IMG/VR virus record: IMGVR_UViG_3300024346_000010
Source: a virus
Reading direction: 5' to 3' (one strand)
Length of the DNA: 64,000 bases
Shown in pieces: positions 1 through 8,396 of this stretch (the first letter of the stretch is position 1; each line of letters opens with the position of its first letter). The notes beneath the pieces are model-generated. The model saw only the letters and a list, made by a program, of their open reading frames with translations. It did no database searches and was not told where the DNA came from. The position numbers were made by a program, and so were the translations under genes.

Positions 1-27
1 GATAATGATGTATTTAATACCGGAATT

Positions 28-333
28 ATGGTAGCTGGATCGGATGTTATTAAGAAGTTGGGTTACTTTAGAAATATCAGAGCCAATCTAGATTTTATGA
101 CCGAGCTTAAAGAAGATCCAGTTTCAATGTATCCTCACAACATTCAACGTGTATTTGGATATGATAATGAAACTCTGTTTTCATATTTGGTTCATTCAAA
201 GTCTATCGATATTCAATATCTCAACGGCCCTTGGCATTACATTATTGATGAAAAATTCGATAGTATGAAGCGAGCGGATCCTAGTGCTAAGATGTATCAC
301 TTCATTAATAAGAAAATGGAATGGGTTCTGTGA
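28..333 (+). CDS. C-terminal part of a probable glycosyltransferase-like protein, likely truncated by the window edge
   Basis: Frame is open from the window start (xNTGIM, ...DNET..., HFINK). These resemble C-terminal GT-A motifs. Adjacent to a GT-A gene. Confidence 0.4.
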   Translation: MVAGSDVIKKLGYFRNIRANLDFMTELKEDPVSMYPHNIQRVFGYDNETLFSYLVHSKSIDIQYLNGPWHYIIDEKFDSMKRADPSAKMYHFINKKMEWVL

Positions 334-1001
334 AGATATTCTGCGTAAGAATAGGAAACAAATATGGACCTGAGTACGAAGATTATATTAACTCAAAGCT
401 AAGCAAGCATGAGGTAACCTGGATTCGTGAGCCTTTTCACCCGCACGTTCCTTTGCAGTGGAATAAGCTTCAAGTGTTTAATATGGATATCTATGAACCC
501 GTAATTGTTATGGACATCGATAAACTGCTTATTAACGACTATGAGGACGTAATCAACTATCCATGCGAGAAGAATGAATTTGTTTCTATTCCATACTGGT
601 GGAATTTTAATGGCACCCCATTTAAGATGAGTGGTGGATTCTATAAGTTTTGGCCTTCAAGAACAAAACACATTTATCAAAAGTTTATGAGTGATATATC
701 TTATTATACAAACTACTATATCAAAGCTGGATTAACAAATGGTCCAGTGAATGGCGAGTTTATGTTCGTTCAAGACAGTCTATATGGAATGGATCTAAAA
801 CTCATGCCCGATGCTTGGTTTACCCGCTGGCTAAGTTCAGATGATAAAGAAATGTGCGCTAAACTAACTGATAGATATTATGAGGTTACTGGTAATGAAT
901 ACATCTATAATGGACAGTTTCATCCTGACTTAAAGATTGTTCACTTTACAAATAGTATGAACAAGCCGCATGAATGGAAAGATTATGACAGATTTATCTG
1001 A
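321..1001 (+). CDS. GT-A fold glycosyltransferase (GT8-like)
   Basis: N-terminal CVRIGNKYGPEY, WNKL, DxD motif (MDID) and C-terminal IVHFT...KPH. Confidence 0.7.
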   Translation: MGSVKIFCVRIGNKYGPEYEDYINSKLSKHEVTWIREPFHPHVPLQWNKLQVFNMDIYEPVIVMDIDKLLINDYEDVINYPCEKNEFVSIPYWWNFNGTPFKMSGGFYKFWPSRTKHIYQKFMSDISYYTNYYIKAGLTNGPVNGEFMFVQDSLYGMDLKLMPDAWFTRWLSSDDKEMCAKLTDRYYEVTGNEYIYNGQFHPDLKIVHFTNSMNKPHEWKDYDRFI

Positions 1002-1395
1002 TAATAAATTGGGCATAAAATGCCAATGGATGGAAATTAAACGCGCATTAATAAATCATGAAGGTCAAGTTTTTCCATGCTGTTACTTTGCTAATATAGA
1101 ATATACCATATCAATTTTGGGAGATGATCCGAATGTATGGGATATTGAGCACTACGGCATTTGGCGGAAGGGTGACTATGTTGCTAAAAAAAATTATAAA
1201 ACTTCTCTGCATGAATATATGGAAACTAAAGAAGACCATAATGTTTTTAACCATACGTTAGAAGAAATATTAAACAATGAATGGTTTACTAAAACCCTTC
1301 CAGAGTCTTGGAATGATGAAGATAAATGCCACAGATTATGCAAAAAGTTCTGTTCAGTAAAATCTGATCATAGAGTTGGTTTAAAAAATGAGTAG
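985..1395 (+). CDS. Stand-alone SPASM/twitch Fe-S domain protein
   Basis: C-x(n)-GQVFPCC ... LEEILNNEWF ... CxxxC, with no CxxxCxxC radical SAM motif. Start could be 970 or 985. Confidence 0.7.
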   Translation: MTDLSDNKLGIKCQWMEIKRALINHEGQVFPCCYFANIEYTISILGDDPNVWDIEHYGIWRKGDYVAKKNYKTSLHEYMETKEDHNVFNHTLEEILNNEWFTKTLPESWNDEDKCHRLCKKFCSVKSDHRVGLKNE

Positions 1396-2170
1396 CGGCA
1401 TTTCAAATTTTAATAAACATTATAGCAATAAAGAATCAGTGATATTTTTTGAACTGACAACCCACTGTAATGCGGGATGCCCACAATGCCATAGAACGAA
1501 TAGAGATGGTTTGGGAAAGGCAGAATGGATCCCATTAAAACAGTGGACATTAGATAAATTTAAAAAAGCATTTCCGCCAGAAACGTTAGATAATATTAAA
1601 TGCATGGAGTTTTGTGGAACGTGGGGTGATCCCATGATGTGCAAAGACGTATTTGAAATTACTGAATATATTTTAAATGAATCAAATGCAAATGTATTGT
1701 TCAATACCAATGGTAGCATTAGAAATCCAGATTGGTGGTGGAAATTTGGTTTATTAGGCAAAGATCGTATGACCGTTGTTTGGGCTATCGATGGTTCTAC
1801 TCAAGAAATGCATAACAAATATAGACAAAACACAAATTTAAGCTTAATTATGGAAAATATGCAATCATTCACTGCAGCTGGCGGCATAAGTGTAACATTT
1901 ACCATCGTGTTTAAACATAATCAAGCGCATTTATATGATATAGCAACTCTAGCAAAAAATAATGGCGCAGTGTCAGCAACATTTGTGCAATCAAATCGAT
2001 TCCGGGAGGGAGAGCCCCAATATCATTTTATAGATAGTAAAGGTGAAAGTGATTATTTAGAACAATCTTCGCTGAAAAATGACAGGGATTTTTATTGGCA
2101 AAATTTTAATTTAAATAATGAAGATGACATTAAAAAAATAAAACAAGAATCTAAAGATGGTATATCATGA
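1388..2170 (+). CDS. Radical SAM protein (core domain only)
   Basis: CNAGCPQC motif, GTWGDP, NTNG and AIDG. Confidence 0.9.
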   Translation: MSSGISNFNKHYSNKESVIFFELTTHCNAGCPQCHRTNRDGLGKAEWIPLKQWTLDKFKKAFPPETLDNIKCMEFCGTWGDPMMCKDVFEITEYILNESNANVLFNTNGSIRNPDWWWKFGLLGKDRMTVVWAIDGSTQEMHNKYRQNTNLSLIMENMQSFTAAGGISVTFTIVFKHNQAHLYDIATLAKNNGAVSATFVQSNRFREGEPQYHFIDSKGESDYLEQSSLKNDRDFYWQNFNLNNEDDIKKIKQESKDGIS

Positions 2171-2958
2171 GACTCATATCAGATGAACAATTTTATAACT
2201 ATGATGAGTTATATAATAAAAATGAGTTAAGTCTGTGGCTCGACATTTCTACACACTGTAATGCTAAATGTCCTCAATGCCATAGAACGGATGCTAATGG
2301 CTTACAAAAAGTCGATTGGTTACCTGTTATTCAATGGTCAACTGAAGAGTTTAAAAAAGCGTTTACTCCTAAAAACTTAAGCCATATCGACAGGATTGAT
2401 ATTTGTGGTACATGGGGAGATCCCATGATGAATAAAGATATATTTGAAATTGTAAAATATATCATGAATAATTCTAAATGTAAAATATTAATTAATACCA
2501 ATGGTAGTATTAGGAATGCTGATTGGTGGTGGAAATTTGGTTTATTAGGCAGAGAAAGAATCACCGTTATGTGGGCAATTGATGGTGTTACACAGGATCA
2601 GCATTCACTATATCGACAGGATACTAACTTACAGACAGTTCTAGATAATATGGAAACATTTACTGCTGCCGGAGGTATATCTCAAGTGTTTACCGTTGTG
2701 TTTAAACACAATGAAAAAGATATCTACAATCTAGCTTCATTGGTAAAAGAAAAAGGAGCGCAGGATATTTTTTACGTGCCTTCAAATAGATTTAAGAGAG
2801 ATTCTAATAAATTTGAATTTATCGATAAAGTGGGTGAACTTAAATTTTTAGAAAAATCTTCTTTAGATGAAACTAATTCCCCTGGACTTTTTTGGAAAAC
2901 TCTATTTCTAGAAGAAGAAGATAAAATGGAAGTGATACGTAATGCAACACCAAAATAA
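2167..2958 (+). CDS. Radical SAM protein (core domain only), paralog of 1388..2170
   Basis: CNAKCPQC motif and GTWGDP. Shares NTNGSIRNxDWWWKFGLLG with the upstream gene. Confidence 0.9.
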   Translation: MRLISDEQFYNYDELYNKNELSLWLDISTHCNAKCPQCHRTDANGLQKVDWLPVIQWSTEEFKKAFTPKNLSHIDRIDICGTWGDPMMNKDIFEIVKYIMNNSKCKILINTNGSIRNADWWWKFGLLGRERITVMWAIDGVTQDQHSLYRQDTNLQTVLDNMETFTAAGGISQVFTVVFKHNEKDIYNLASLVKEKGAQDIFYVPSNRFKRDSNKFEFIDKVGELKFLEKSSLDETNSPGLFWKTLFLEEEDKMEVIRNATPK

Positions 2959-3337
2959 ATGTAATATTAAATGTGAATGGATGCAGACAAAAAGGGTATT
3001 AGTAAATCCTGATGGACAAGTTTTGCCGTGTTGTTTTTTTGCTAATGTTATTTACATGTATGATAGAATGGGCGCACCGGAAGAATGGACTCCAAAGGCT
3101 GAATATGGTATTTCAGATCAATTAATGGATGTTCCAAGAGTCGCACACGAAACTAGCCAAGAAACAATTCTTATGGATTATTATAAAAATCGTGAAGAGT
3201 ATAACATATTCGATAATGACCTAGAAGATATTTTGAACAGTGATTGGTTTAAAAAAACATTACCTGAATCATGGGAAGATGAAAGTAAACTAGCCAGACA
3301 GTGCAAAACATATTGCCAAGTAAAAGATGAAGAGTAA
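2942..3337 (+). CDS. Stand-alone SPASM/twitch domain protein, paralog of 985..1395
   Basis: IKCEWM...GQVLPCC...WFKKTLPESW...CKTYC. Confidence 0.7.
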   Translation: MQHQNKCNIKCEWMQTKRVLVNPDGQVLPCCFFANVIYMYDRMGAPEEWTPKAEYGISDQLMDVPRVAHETSQETILMDYYKNREEYNIFDNDLEDILNSDWFKKTLPESWEDESKLARQCKTYCQVKDEE

Positions 3338-4490
3338 CTTTTGTATTATACCGTGGATCTCAATCACATCAGATAATGCTGGATTAGTAAGACCGTGTTG
3401 TAAGTTTGCTGAAAAAGATGTTCAAGGAGAATATCAAACACCTAGCCTTAAAGATTATTCGTATGAGGACATATGGAATGGTCCAGAAATGCAGGCAATT
3501 AGGCAAGCATTTTTAGATGATAAAAAGATTCCAGAGTGTTCCTCGTGCTGGAAAGAAGAAGCGGCTGGATTGACCAGCTATAGAAACCAATATAACTACA
3601 CCTTTCTTCGACAAATTGATCCAAAAGACTATTCTACAACCTATGCTGAACCACCTAGAGTTGTAGATTTAAAACTTAGTAATGTGTGTAATTTTAAATG
3701 CCGTATGTGTGATTTTTCATACAGCAGTCTCATACTAAAAGAAGATAAAGCATTTAGAGGTTATGATATACCAGATGAATCATATTACCTTTCTAATAAA
3801 ATATTAAATACTGAAAATGAAGATTACTTCTTTGAAAAAATAGTTCCGAATCTTATTCAGATCGAGTTTACTGGTGGCGAACCATTTGTAAGTCCCGAAG
3901 CTAGGAAGCTAATTGATATATTATCACAATCAGAATATGCTAAAAATATTGCAATCAATATAACAACAAATGGTAGTAAAGTAAATACATCAATCTTAAG
4001 CCAACTAGAGAAATTTAAATTTGTTAGAATCGGATTAAGTGTTGACGATATTGGCTCTAGAGCGGAATACCAAAGGAAAGGTACTGTTTGGGAAACTGTA
4101 AGTCATAATTGCAAACTCTTTAATGATAACCAAAAGTTTTATGTAAATCTACATCCAACAGTAAACAACTATAGCATATGGAACTTTGATAAAACTTTGG
4201 AATGGGCAAAAGAAAACAACATAAGGGTTGTTACAAATATTTTACATGGGCCTGAACGATTGTGCATAAAAAATCTTAGTGCGTATAGTAAGTCTAAGGT
4301 TTATGAGAAACATAAAGATAATAAATCTATGGTTAACATTCTTTCATATATGATGCAAGATGGCGAGGATCTTACTGAAGATTTTATTCAAGAAACCACA
4401 TTGGTAGATAGTATTAGAAATGAAAGCTTTAAGGAAGTTTTTCCTGATTGGAGTGAGATAATTTATGGCTCTTTGCAAAGCCCCAGTTAA
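3327..4490 (+). CDS. Radical SAM protein with N-terminal SPASM/twitch domain
   Basis: FCIIPW...RPCC...CSSC, then CNFKCRMC, GGEP and TNG. Confidence 0.9.
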   Translation: MKSNFCIIPWISITSDNAGLVRPCCKFAEKDVQGEYQTPSLKDYSYEDIWNGPEMQAIRQAFLDDKKIPECSSCWKEEAAGLTSYRNQYNYTFLRQIDPKDYSTTYAEPPRVVDLKLSNVCNFKCRMCDFSYSSLILKEDKAFRGYDIPDESYYLSNKILNTENEDYFFEKIVPNLIQIEFTGGEPFVSPEARKLIDILSQSEYAKNIAINITTNGSKVNTSILSQLEKFKFVRIGLSVDDIGSRAEYQRKGTVWETVSHNCKLFNDNQKFYVNLHPTVNNYSIWNFDKTLEWAKENNIRVVTNILHGPERLCIKNLSAYSKSKVYEKHKDNKSMVNILSYMMQDGEDLTEDFIQETTLVDSIRNESFKEVFPDWSEIIYGSLQSPS

Positions 4491-5466
4491 CAATATGTAC
4501 TTTACTGTCCATGGAACGGTAGCGCCGTGCTGGTTAACGGTGGGAGCTATTGATCGTTGGAGCCCTACTCATTCTATAAGCGATATTTGGTTTGGTGAAA
4601 AATACCAACAGATTAGAGACAATATTGCTAACGATATTTTTAAAGGTAAATGTGCTGAGTGTAAAAAAGATATTGATAATGGTGTTTGGCCATTAGCTAA
4701 AGCATACGACCAATTTACAGTAAAAAAATATCCAAGCCTGATGGAACTTGAGTTAAGTAATCAATGTAATCTCGAATGTGTAATGTGTTCTGGAACTTTA
4801 AGTTCTGGTATTCGCAAGAACCGTGATAAGCTTCCGCCTCTTCCACAAATTTATACAGATGAATTTAGACAACAGCTTAGGGAGTTTATTCCTCATCTCG
4901 AAGAGCTACGATTTAATGGTGGTGAACCATTTGCACAAAAGATTGTTCTTGATATTTGTGAAGACGTTGCAGAACTAAATCCTGGTCTAAAAGTAAACAT
5001 TGCTACAAATGGTACAGTGTACAATAAGCGTGTTCAAAAAATTATGGATATGTGCAACATTCATATTAATATTTCTATCGACAGTCTCTTACACGACCGC
5101 TATAGCGAAATCAGAATTAATGGTGACCTGTCAGTCCTTATGAAGAACTTTGAAATCTTTAATAAATATTGTAAAGATGGAAATCGAGACTTGTCTATCA
5201 TGGTTAACCCAATGAGACAAAATTGGGATGAAATGGTAGAATTTGTTAAATGGACCGATAAACATCATGTGAAGTTGTGGTATAATACTATTCGTTATCC
5301 TGCCGATTGCGCTATATGGAATTTGCCGTCGGAAAAGTTAAAGGAGATTCATACTAGTCTTCAGGCAGAACTTGATAGCATTCCGATGACAACCTATAAT
5401 TATGATAAAGCTGATCATTTGATCAATAGACAGATAGCCAATTGGTTATTAGAAAGTTATGAGTAG
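4465..5466 (+). CDS. Radical SAM protein with N-terminal SPASM/twitch domain
   Basis: LCKAP...APCW...CAEC, then CNLECVMC, GGEP and TNG. Confidence 0.9.
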   Translation: MALCKAPVNNMYFTVHGTVAPCWLTVGAIDRWSPTHSISDIWFGEKYQQIRDNIANDIFKGKCAECKKDIDNGVWPLAKAYDQFTVKKYPSLMELELSNQCNLECVMCSGTLSSGIRKNRDKLPPLPQIYTDEFRQQLREFIPHLEELRFNGGEPFAQKIVLDICEDVAELNPGLKVNIATNGTVYNKRVQKIMDMCNIHINISIDSLLHDRYSEIRINGDLSVLMKNFEIFNKYCKDGNRDLSIMVNPMRQNWDEMVEFVKWTDKHHVKLWYNTIRYPADCAIWNLPSEKLKEIHTSLQAELDSIPMTTYNYDKADHLINRQIANWLLESYE

Positions 5467-5508
5467 TATACCTCTCCTCCCCCAGAAGTGATACTTCTAT
5501 TATACACA
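5464..5508. repeat. Dispersed 45-nt non-coding repeat, copy 1 (copy 2 at 29019..29063)
   Basis: tagtatacctctcctcccccagaagtgatacttctattatacaca; 42/45 identical to copy 2. Confidence 0.9.
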
Positions 5509-5526
5509 GATTTTTAGGATTGTAAA
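5499..5526 (-). promoter_or_regulatory. Sigma70-type promoter on the minus strand, firing into the repeat
   Basis: Reverse complement reads TTTACA-N16-TATAAT. Confidence 0.7.
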
Positions 5527-5532
5527 CAGAAA

Positions 5533-6621
5533 ATGTTATGTCATGCGCCATTTTTAGGAATTACCGTAGATCCATCTGGATTATTGACATTATGCTGTGC
5601 AACAAGTGATAGGGAATATTTTAAAACACATATAGATGATGTAGATGATTTACAAGAATTCTTTTTGGGTGACAAGTATACTCATGTCAGAAATATTATG
5701 AAATCCGAAGGTATAAAAAAACTTCCTCAGTGTTTGCACTGCTGGAAAGCTATAGATGGATATTGGACAGAAATTAATAATTATAATGAGAAACAAATAC
5801 ATGATACGCTTCAAGTTTCATATCTAGAATTAACCACAAGCAACACATGTAATCAAACATGCGTCACATGTTCCAGTTATTTTAGCTCTAAGTGGAGAAA
5901 GATAGAATCTAAATTTGACAGACAGATTCACTCATCATTTCAATTATCAGATTCGGCTATTGATAAAGTTATTAAAGTCTTACCTGGATTGAAATATCTT
6001 CAAATTAAAGGCGGGGAACCGTTTGCTGATAAAAATAATCTTAAAATTTTAAAAGCGCTATCTAAAGTAAATCCTAAATGCGAAGTTATTATAACAAGCA
6101 ATTTTCAAAGAATATCCGATGAATGGTATGAAGTGTTAAAACTTCTTCCAAATATAAAGGCTGGCGCTAGTATTGATGGTATAGATAAAACTTATGACTG
6201 GATCCGAGGAGGGTCATTTGAAGATACTATACAAAACTTAGAGAATTTCTATAAAAAAACTGGAAATAAAGTTGTTATAAATGTATGCGTTTCTTTGTAT
6301 AACATATTTCTTTTATCTGATATATTAGATTATTTTAAAAATAAAGAATATGTTTCAGTCACAATATTCAATAATATCTTAAACTACCCCAATGAACAAT
6401 CAATACAATCTTTAGATCCTTTAACTTTGAAAAAAATAGCATTTTCTGAACTTCCTTTTTGGCATAACGACTTTGAAAATATAAGAAAAGTAGAATCATT
6501 TCCAGAAGATATTAGATTAGGTCTGACAAATAAGTTTATATCACATACGGAAATAATGAATTCAATTAGAGGTTTTAATATTTTCGATATTCAACCTAAA
6601 TTAGCTAATATTTATAAATAA
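5533..6621 (+). CDS. Radical SAM protein with N-terminal SPASM/twitch domain
   Basis: LCHAPF...LCC...CLHC, then CNQTCVTC, GGEP and SIDG. Confidence 0.9.
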   Translation: MLCHAPFLGITVDPSGLLTLCCATSDREYFKTHIDDVDDLQEFFLGDKYTHVRNIMKSEGIKKLPQCLHCWKAIDGYWTEINNYNEKQIHDTLQVSYLELTTSNTCNQTCVTCSSYFSSKWRKIESKFDRQIHSSFQLSDSAIDKVIKVLPGLKYLQIKGGEPFADKNNLKILKALSKVNPKCEVIITSNFQRISDEWYEVLKLLPNIKAGASIDGIDKTYDWIRGGSFEDTIQNLENFYKKTGNKVVINVCVSLYNIFLLSDILDYFKNKEYVSVTIFNNILNYPNEQSIQSLDPLTLKKIAFSELPFWHNDFENIRKVESFPEDIRLGLTNKFISHTEIMNSIRGFNIFDIQPKLANIYK

Positions 6622-6635
6622 AACTCCTATAAATA
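6613..6635 (+). promoter_or_regulatory. Two T4-type late promoters (TATAAATA)
   Basis: Exact TATAAATA at 6613-6620 and 6628-6635, upstream of structural genes. Confidence 0.8.
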
Positions 6636-6669
6636 AGACTAACACAAACTATTAACGGCGGATAACATT

Positions 6670-7005
6670 ATGGCAATCTATGCAAATCTTACAGTAGACC
6701 AAGGGTCTGAATTCGAAGCGTCTGTAGATGTTATAGATGGCGATGGTAATGCCGTTGACCTGTCGACATTCACATACCACGGACAGATAAGAAAAACCTA
6801 TAACTCCCTTACTGCAGTAGATTTTACTGTAGAATTGGATGTATCACAGCTATATACTTTAAATATTTCTTTATCCGCAGCACAATCGAATGCGATGAAA
6901 GCTGGAAGATATGTTTACGATGTAGAAGTTGTCAGCCCATCCGGAACAGTTACTAGAGTTATTGAAGGCCAAGTTGAATTAACCCCAAGCGTGACTAGAA
7001 TCTGA
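6670..7005 (+). CDS. Virion structural protein, BppU-N/Ig-like
   Basis: ANLTVDQG...GRYVYDVEV...TRVIEG...PSVTR pattern common in T4-like tail regions; late promoter upstream. Confidence 0.6.
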   Translation: MAIYANLTVDQGSEFEASVDVIDGDGNAVDLSTFTYHGQIRKTYNSLTAVDFTVELDVSQLYTLNISLSAAQSNAMKAGRYVYDVEVVSPSGTVTRVIEGQVELTPSVTRI

Positions 7006-7006
7006 T

Positions 7007-7552
7007 ATGGCAAAGTTAACAGGCTCTCTTAGAACTAAAACATCTATACAGGCGAAGTCTGTTACTCTTGGTACAATTTCTGCCAATGACCTAAAGAATG
7101 CTGATCAGGCTTTCTCTATAAATCTGTCGGCTGATCAGGGAACAGATTTACTTAAACTTCTTACTAATAATAACTTATCTATTCTTGGTGCTGATGGTAT
7201 TAGCACAAGTATAGATGCTGATAATAACGCTTTAACAATAACTCTAGTTCCTGCCAGTACTACTGAGCTCGGGGGCGCACAATTCGATGCTACGTATTTT
7301 ATAGTAGATAGTGACGGGATAGTATCAATAAAACCCGGTGGTATTCAAGCTGGTTTGCAGGATAATGCAGAAGCTATATCTCCGGCTAATGGTGGTACAG
7401 GAATAGTATCATATACTAAGGGCGATATGATCTTTGCTTCGGACTCAGACGAAGTGATTGTATTACCTATAGGCACTGCAGGTCAATCTTTAATGGTATC
7501 AGAAGACGGTATACCTTACTGGTCAAATGTTTATGACGGCGGCGAATTCTAA
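7007..7552 (+). CDS. Tail-fibre-associated structural protein
   Basis: ANGGTG, YTKGDM, LPIGTAGQSL and C-terminal DGGEF motifs typical of phage fibre proteins. Confidence 0.55.
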   Translation: MAKLTGSLRTKTSIQAKSVTLGTISANDLKNADQAFSINLSADQGTDLLKLLTNNNLSILGADGISTSIDADNNALTITLVPASTTELGGAQFDATYFIVDSDGIVSIKPGGIQAGLQDNAEAISPANGGTGIVSYTKGDMIFASDSDEVIVLPIGTAGQSLMVSEDGIPYWSNVYDGGEF

Positions 7553-7580
7553 ATACGCCACTTTATATTAGATATATAAT

Positions 7581-7602
7581 CTATATTCTATATAGAATAT
7601 AG
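7581..7602. repeat. Perfect 22-bp palindrome in an AT-rich intergenic region
   Basis: ctatattctatatagaatatag equals its own reverse complement. Confidence 0.85.
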
Positions 7603-7640
7603 TTTTGCAAATAATGAAGTATATACTTTAGGACTAAATC

Positions 7641-8129
7641 ATGTCAGAATTAATTATTAAACTAAAACGTAGTAACGTTCCAGGGAAAATTCCCGACCCA
7701 GAAGTACTAGAAGTCGGGGAAGTAGCGCTTAATATGGCCGACTCCCTACTATATTTCAAGAGGCCAAGCGGGGAAGTTAAACCTTTAACTGCATCCAACG
7801 TTATACAACTAAACAACCAGACCGAATATGCACCTACGGATGACTATCATCCGGCTACTAAAGCCTATGTGGACTTAAAAGTTCTACAAAGTTTAATTAC
7901 TACAAAGACTATTGAAAGAACGGCAATACTTAATAATGAGATTACTCTACCTAGTTCTGCGGTGGGTGATATAATTTTTAATATGGCTCAGATTTATGAT
8001 AGCATTCATACGAATGTTTTTTACGAAGTCACATGTACATTGTCTGAGGATAAAACTAAGGTTTTGTTTGACGCGGAAGATAACTTAGATTATAATTATT
8101 GTGTACTATCTTATATCACTTTAGCTTAG
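7641..8129 (+). CDS. Tail-fibre-associated protein
   Basis: IKLKRS.VPGKIP...L..GEVALN.AD..LY N-terminal fibre module and ATKAYVD motif. Confidence 0.6.
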   Translation: MSELIIKLKRSNVPGKIPDPEVLEVGEVALNMADSLLYFKRPSGEVKPLTASNVIQLNNQTEYAPTDDYHPATKAYVDLKVLQSLITTKTIERTAILNNEITLPSSAVGDIIFNMAQIYDSIHTNVFYEVTCTLSEDKTKVLFDAEDNLDYNYCVLSYITLA

Positions 8130-8142
8130 GTGGTATGATCTT

Positions 8143-8358
8143 ATGATTCTTTTAAGGGATCACTACTTTATTGCATGGCTAAAAGTGGTGAAGAAATATA
8201 ATATAATTAAAAAGAAAGACAAAATTTTTATTGACATAAATAAGACTGAATATGATGAAGCTTTGAATGAATATAATAATAATATGAAGCCTATCATGAA
8301 AGAAATACGTTGTCTGGTTAAGGAATTAGCCATCAATTCCTCTAACTTGAGCAAATAG
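8143..8358 (+). CDS. Hypothetical protein (AT-rich)
   Basis: ORF with SD-like aggtgg upstream. Confidence 0.5.
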   Translation: MILLRDHYFIAWLKVVKKYNIIKKKDKIFIDINKTEYDEALNEYNNNMKPIMKEIRCLVKELAINSSNLSK

Positions 8359-8396
8359 CTCTTGCAGTTAATACAATATTCTTAGGAGAAGAATAA

